From positions 1-50,488 of the IMG/VR virus record IMGVR_UViG_3300037506_000199: 50,488 nucleotides of DNA; one strand, 5' to 3'. This DNA is from a virus (Duplodnaviria; Caudoviricetes). Below, in pieces: positions 46,820-50,488 of the stretch. Numbering within the stretch: the stretch's first letter is position 1; each line of letters starts with the position of its first letter. The notes under the pieces were generated by a model, which saw only the letters and a program-made list of their open reading frames with translations, did not search any database and was not told the DNA's origin. The position numbers and the translations under genes are program-made.

Positions 46820-48619
46820 ATGAAAAATTGGTGTTATCGTGCTTATGAGCCGACCAAGAATTTAGAACGAGTGAACGAACAATTGAGACTAGCGCACATC
46901 TACAGAAACAAGCTATGTGAGCTGGAACTGCAAAGACGCGAGGAAGTGGAGGCTTGTTGGCGCGAATGCTGCCCGGAATACATGGTCGCCAAAGACATGA
47001 TGGCCATGAAACAAGCGAAACTGGACGAGCTGTTTGCTAGCATTCGCAAACGAGCGCAAGCCAACAGAACGAAGGCAGCACCAATTGGCGAAGAACGCGC
47101 GTTGATACAGAAACTCAAAGTGGAAATGAAAACCAGTCGCCAGGAAGTCAAGGCGCTACTGGCTACTGCGAAACAACGACCCGATGTCGTACAACGCCTG
47201 ATGGAGCTGAGCGAAGCGCATAAACGTCGCTACCGAGCTGCTAGAGCTAGCAGCGGATTATTTTGGGGCACCTATTTGTTTGTCGAGGATAGCTGCAAGG
47301 ATTTTGGTCGCGGCGCCCCACCACAGTACCGTCGGTGGAATGGTACTGGTACCATCGCATGCCAGGTCCAGTATGGTTTACCAGTGGACGAATTGCTGCA
47401 AGGTCAGGATACTCGCGTGCGATTACACATATCGGCAGCATGTGAAGAAGCGTTGGCGACGCAAGGTAAGGCACATGGCAAGCGTGCTCGGAGCTACGTG
47501 GAGATGCGCATCGGTTCCGAAGGTAGGGCCCCCATATTCGCGACAATACCGATCCAGATGCATCGACCATTACCAGCAGGCGCCAAAATAAAATGGTGCT
47601 ATCTGGAAAAACGGCGGGTGGCGTCACAAGAACAATGGACCGTGCGATTAAGTATTGACGAGCCTCCGCGCATTCGCGCCACATGCGAAGAGCTGTGTTG
47701 TGTACACGTGGGATGGCGAGTGATGGAGGATGGGAGCCTACGTGTCGCCACGTGGCGAGGATCAGATGGCCAACAAGGACAAGTGATGATAGCACCAGAA
47801 CGTATCGCGCGACTGTGCTATTGTGATGAACTACGGAGCGTGCGCGATCACAATACCAACATGCACCGAACTATGCTTATCGAATGGCTCAAGTCGCATG
47901 AGCATCCGGAATGGCTGGGCGAACGCACTGCGACAATCGGACAGTGGCGCAGCCCGGCCAGAATGGCGGCGCTGGTATTGGCGTGGCGCGAACAAAGGTT
48001 TGCTAGCGACGAACAAATATATGTGCCATTGGAAGCATGGCGAAAACAAGACAAACATCTGTGGACGTGGCAAGAACATCAGCGGCGCAATTGTGTGTGC
48101 TGGCGTAATAACGAGTATCGCAACGTCGCCAAGACACTAGCAGCTCGCTATGGGCATATATGCATTATGGATTGCGAATGGGCTGAAATGCGCAAAAAGC
48201 CAGCAATTGGCGAAGAGGAAAAACAAACAACGGCTATGCGGTTCAATAGTTCGTTGGCGGCCGTAGCAACCCTGGAGCGATACTTGCGTGAGGCGTTCGG
48301 TACGGATTGCGAGTTGCACATAGACACGGCTGGCGTGACGCGACAATGCCATGCGTGCGGCGCTAACAATGAAGATATAGGAGTGACACGTATGGTCACA
48401 TGCTGTGGTTGCGGGCGCGAAATAGATATCGATCTCAACGCACTGGACAATATGGTTGCGAGAGCCAAGGTGGTGCACGCTACTCAGCCGCCACTCGCGA
48501 GCATTATGACACAACGAGTTAAAGCACATGGTAACAGCCGACCGCTATCGAAACGACAGGCTGGATTTCGCGCCGCTCGCAAAAGGCCGCGCAACCAGAA
48601 TCCGGACAACAGCTTATGA
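46820..48619 (+). CDS. cas12m: Type V-M CRISPR effector Cas12m-like (C2c4/V-U1), RuvC predicted inactive
   Basis: 599 aa adjacent to array; QLRLAH, GLFWGTY, RWNGTGTIACQVQ, VHVGWR (H296 at RuvC-I), QWRSPARMAAL, ICIMD (D451), CHAC/CCGC Zn finger, DIDLNA (D538); these parallel MmCas12m motifs as recalled from memory. Confidence 0.88.
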   Translation: MKNWCYRAYEPTKNLERVNEQLRLAHIYRNKLCELELQRREEVEACWRECCPEYMVAKDMMAMKQAKLDELFASIRKRAQANRTKAAPIGEERALIQKLKVEMKTSRQEVKALLATAKQRPDVVQRLMELSEAHKRRYRAARASSGLFWGTYLFVEDSCKDFGRGAPPQYRRWNGTGTIACQVQYGLPVDELLQGQDTRVRLHISAACEEALATQGKAHGKRARSYVEMRIGSEGRAPIFATIPIQMHRPLPAGAKIKWCYLEKRRVASQEQWTVRLSIDEPPRIRATCEELCCVHVGWRVMEDGSLRVATWRGSDGQQGQVMIAPERIARLCYCDELRSVRDHNTNMHRTMLIEWLKSHEHPEWLGERTATIGQWRSPARMAALVLAWREQRFASDEQIYVPLEAWRKQDKHLWTWQEHQRRNCVCWRNNEYRNVAKTLAARYGHICIMDCEWAEMRKKPAIGEEEKQTTAMRFNSSLAAVATLERYLREAFGTDCELHIDTAGVTRQCHACGANNEDIGVTRMVTCCGCGREIDIDLNALDNMVARAKVVHATQPPLASIMTQRVKAHGNSRPLSKRQAGFRAARKRPRNQNPDNSL

Positions 48620-48626
48620 GTGCCGC

Positions 48627-49842
48627 GTTCCATGCCTGCATAATGGCTTTGTGATTATGACCCACTCGCTTCGTCTCCGCGCTTGCCAGCGAAGCCGCTA
48701 GTTCCATGCCTGCATAATGGCTTTGTGATTATGACCGTCGCATCGGCGAAGACTGCCGACTTGCGATTGCCGGTTCCATGCCTGCATAATGGCTTTGTGA
48801 TTATGACGGCCTGAAGCCCGGCCGATGGCGCTGCCTGCGCTGCGACGTTCAATGCCTGCATAATGGCTTTGTGATTATGACGTGTGGACGGCGATCGTCG
48901 GGCCCTCGGGAGACAAAGTTCCATGCCTGCATAATGGCTTTGTGATTATGACCGGCTGGCACGCAGCCAGCACGCATCACGTCATAACGTTCAATGCCTG
49001 CATAATGGCTTTGTGATTATGACAACGCGATCTCGTAGCGCGCGATCTGCGCGTCCGTTCAATGCCTGCATAATGGCTTTGTGATTATGACTGGGGACTG
49101 TCCGCCCCGCGCGGACCGATCCCGTGCGTGCGTTCAATGCCTGCATAATGGCTTTGTGATTATGACTCGCTGGCGCTGGAAGCGTCGGCAAGACAACGCT
49201 CGTCGTTCAATGCCTGCATAATGGCTTTGTGATTATGACGCGGAGCACGCGACCCGCACGTTCAATGCCTGCATAATGGCTTTGTGATTATGACAGCCAG
49301 CACGGGATGTCCGATCCACGTCCGTTCAATGCCTGCATAATGGCTTTGTGATTATGACAGGTCGTCGTCCGTCGCCATACCAGCTCTGGGCCGCCGTTCA
49401 ATGCCTGCATAATGGCTTTGTGATTATGACGACTGCCCACGACGCAGAACGTTTAATGCCTGCATAATGGCTTTGTGATTATGACAACGTGAGAGCGTAC
49501 TGGACAACTCGCGTAGGCGCCCGTTCAATGCCTGCATAATGGCTTTGTAATTATGACCCCGCGCATACAGTCTATGTGGTTGCCAGTCGCTATACGTTCA
49601 ATGCCTGCATAATGGCTTTGTAATTATGACCCTGGAAGACATCCTCGAACTGCCAACTCTGCTTGACATGCAATGCCTGCATAATGGCTTTGTGATTATG
49701 ACATCTCCTGGTCCGGGACCGTCTCCACCAGCACCAGATGCGTGCAATGCCTGCATAATGGCTTTGTGATTATGACGACCTGCTGCGACTGTTGCTGTTA
49801 TGAGCGCGTCCAATGCTCGCGTCATGGTGTTGTGATTATGAC
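48627..49842 (+). CRISPR. CRISPR array, 18 repeats / 17 spacers (20-40 nt)
   Basis: Repeat GTTC(A/C)ATGCCTGCATAATGGCTTTGTGATTATGAC (35 nt; often preceded by C); degenerate terminal repeat 49808-49842 and TTT PAM at the spacer-1 match support plus-strand orientation. Confidence 0.98.
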
Positions 49843-49915
49843 TAACTGACTGATTCATGCCCGGGACGATGGATGTACTACGATCAGTGGGGACGAACAA
49901 AAAGAAACAAAAACA

Positions 49916-50488
49916 ATGCCACGAATCAGAACGATCAAGCCAGACTTTTGCTGTCGAGAAGAGATTTGTGCCTGCTCCAAGGGTGCCAGGTTGCTTTACA
50001 TTCTGATGTGGATGCATTGCGATGATTATGGTAACCATCCAGCCAAATTCAATGCATTGCGATCGGCATGTTTTCCGCGCGATTCCGACGGGGTCGAACA
50101 AATAGGCAATTGGATTGCCGAGTTGGTAACACAGGGACTATTAGTAGAATACACAGGTCATGATGGCGAGCAATATTGGCATGTTGTCAACTGGGAGATG
50201 CTGCAAAAAATAGACCGCCCGAGCAAGCAACGTTACCCAAGCAATTCTGGCGGTAGTTCCAATGGGGGAGTGGCTCGAGGAGTAGTTGACGAGTACTCGA
50301 CGAGCCACCCCCCCATAGATACTACGCCTCAACAAAAAACACTCGACGAGTACTCGTCGAGCCACCCCCCCATAGGTACTGACACTCGACGAGTACACTC
50401 GTCGAGCCACCCCCCCATAGGTACTGACACTCGACGAGTACACTCGTCGAGCCACCCCCCCATAGGTACTGACACTCGACGAGTACAC
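49916..50488 (+). CDS. Phage replication initiator, N-terminal part (runs off window)
   Basis: MPRIRTIKPDF...ARLLYILMWMHCDDYGNHPA...FPRD...W...QKIDRPS, typical initiator N-terminus; open to window end (not in ORF track). Confidence 0.8.
   Translation, partial: MPRIRTIKPDFCCREEICACSKGARLLYILMWMHCDDYGNHPAKFNALRSACFPRDSDGVEQIGNWIAELVTQGLLVEYTGHDGEQYWHVVNWEMLQKIDRPSKQRYPSNSGGSSNGGVARGVVDEYSTSHPPIDTTPQQKTLDEYSSSHPPIGTDTRRVHSSSHPPIGTDTRRVHSSSHPPIGTDTRRVH
50354..50488 (+). repeat. 45-bp tandem repeat (3 copies, plus degenerate copy upstream), iteron-like
   Basis: TCGTCGAGCCACCCCCCCATAGGTACTGACACTCGACGAGTACAC with ACTCGACGAGT dyad. Confidence 0.9.

Noticed and set aside
46820-48619. IS200/IS605 TnpB transposon interpretation
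   Set aside because: No tnpA or element ends, larger than TnpB, adjacent array, Cas12m-type motifs.
48808-48846. Spacer 3 3' end matches the GCGCCT microsatellite near 7066
   Set aside because: 12 nt, PAM-distal, low complexity.
48953-48988. Spacer 5 partial match to 4706-4721 (minus strand)
   Set aside because: 13-nt core only, no TTN PAM, rest unmatched; plausible by chance.
49777-49807. Spacer 17 reverse complement resembles 14890-14913 (ATVAA fibre repeat)
   Set aside because: Needs a gap and several mismatches in low-complexity sequence; at most a distant relative's fibre gene.
48519-50101. Minus-strand ORFs across the array (VIITKPLCRH peptides)
   Set aside because: Artefacts of translating repeats.
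1-50488. Genome-wide stop-codon reassignment; tRNA/rRNA genes; integrase and att sites
   Set aside because: Long genes are intact in the standard code and TGA ends many of them; no tRNA, rRNA or recombinase recognised by eye (tRNAscan and HMM searches not run).

Overview
The window looks like a near-complete ~50.5 kb tailed dsDNA phage genome (short-tailed/podo-like gene set; no integrase, DNA polymerase or tape measure recognised), opened inside the repeat-rich replication-initiator gene, whose 5' half is at 49916-50488 and 3' half at 1-616. It has a 36 kb plus-strand virion region (8350-44354: nozzle-like protein, beta-helix spikes/fibres, ejection/polyvalent proteins, terminase, portal, scaffold, major capsid, adaptor), a DNA-metabolism region (44626-46640), a small early/regulatory cluster with an HTH repressor (4049-6827), and a secreted-protein/papain-like peptidase module (1356-4069). 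The headline feature is a minimal CRISPR system: a 599-aa Cas12m-like (type V-M) effector with a non-canonical H-D-D RuvC triad, followed 7 nt later by an 18-repeat/17-spacer array, with no cas1/cas2. Two spacers nearly match this phage's own gene at 1690-2460; one has only synonymous-position mismatches and a TTT PAM, suggesting targeting of sibling phages. Six solitary repeat or repeat-like units are scattered at gene junctions (1306, 3225, 7361, 7756, 7800, 8109). Several keep the repeat stem through compensatory changes and some have their own promoter-like elements, pointing to a possibly undescribed Cas12m-dependent regulatory layer. A candidate UGA-recoded (selenocysteine) secreted peptide is also noted. 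All family calls come from motif recognition by eye; no searches were run, and a Planctomycetota host is only a guess.
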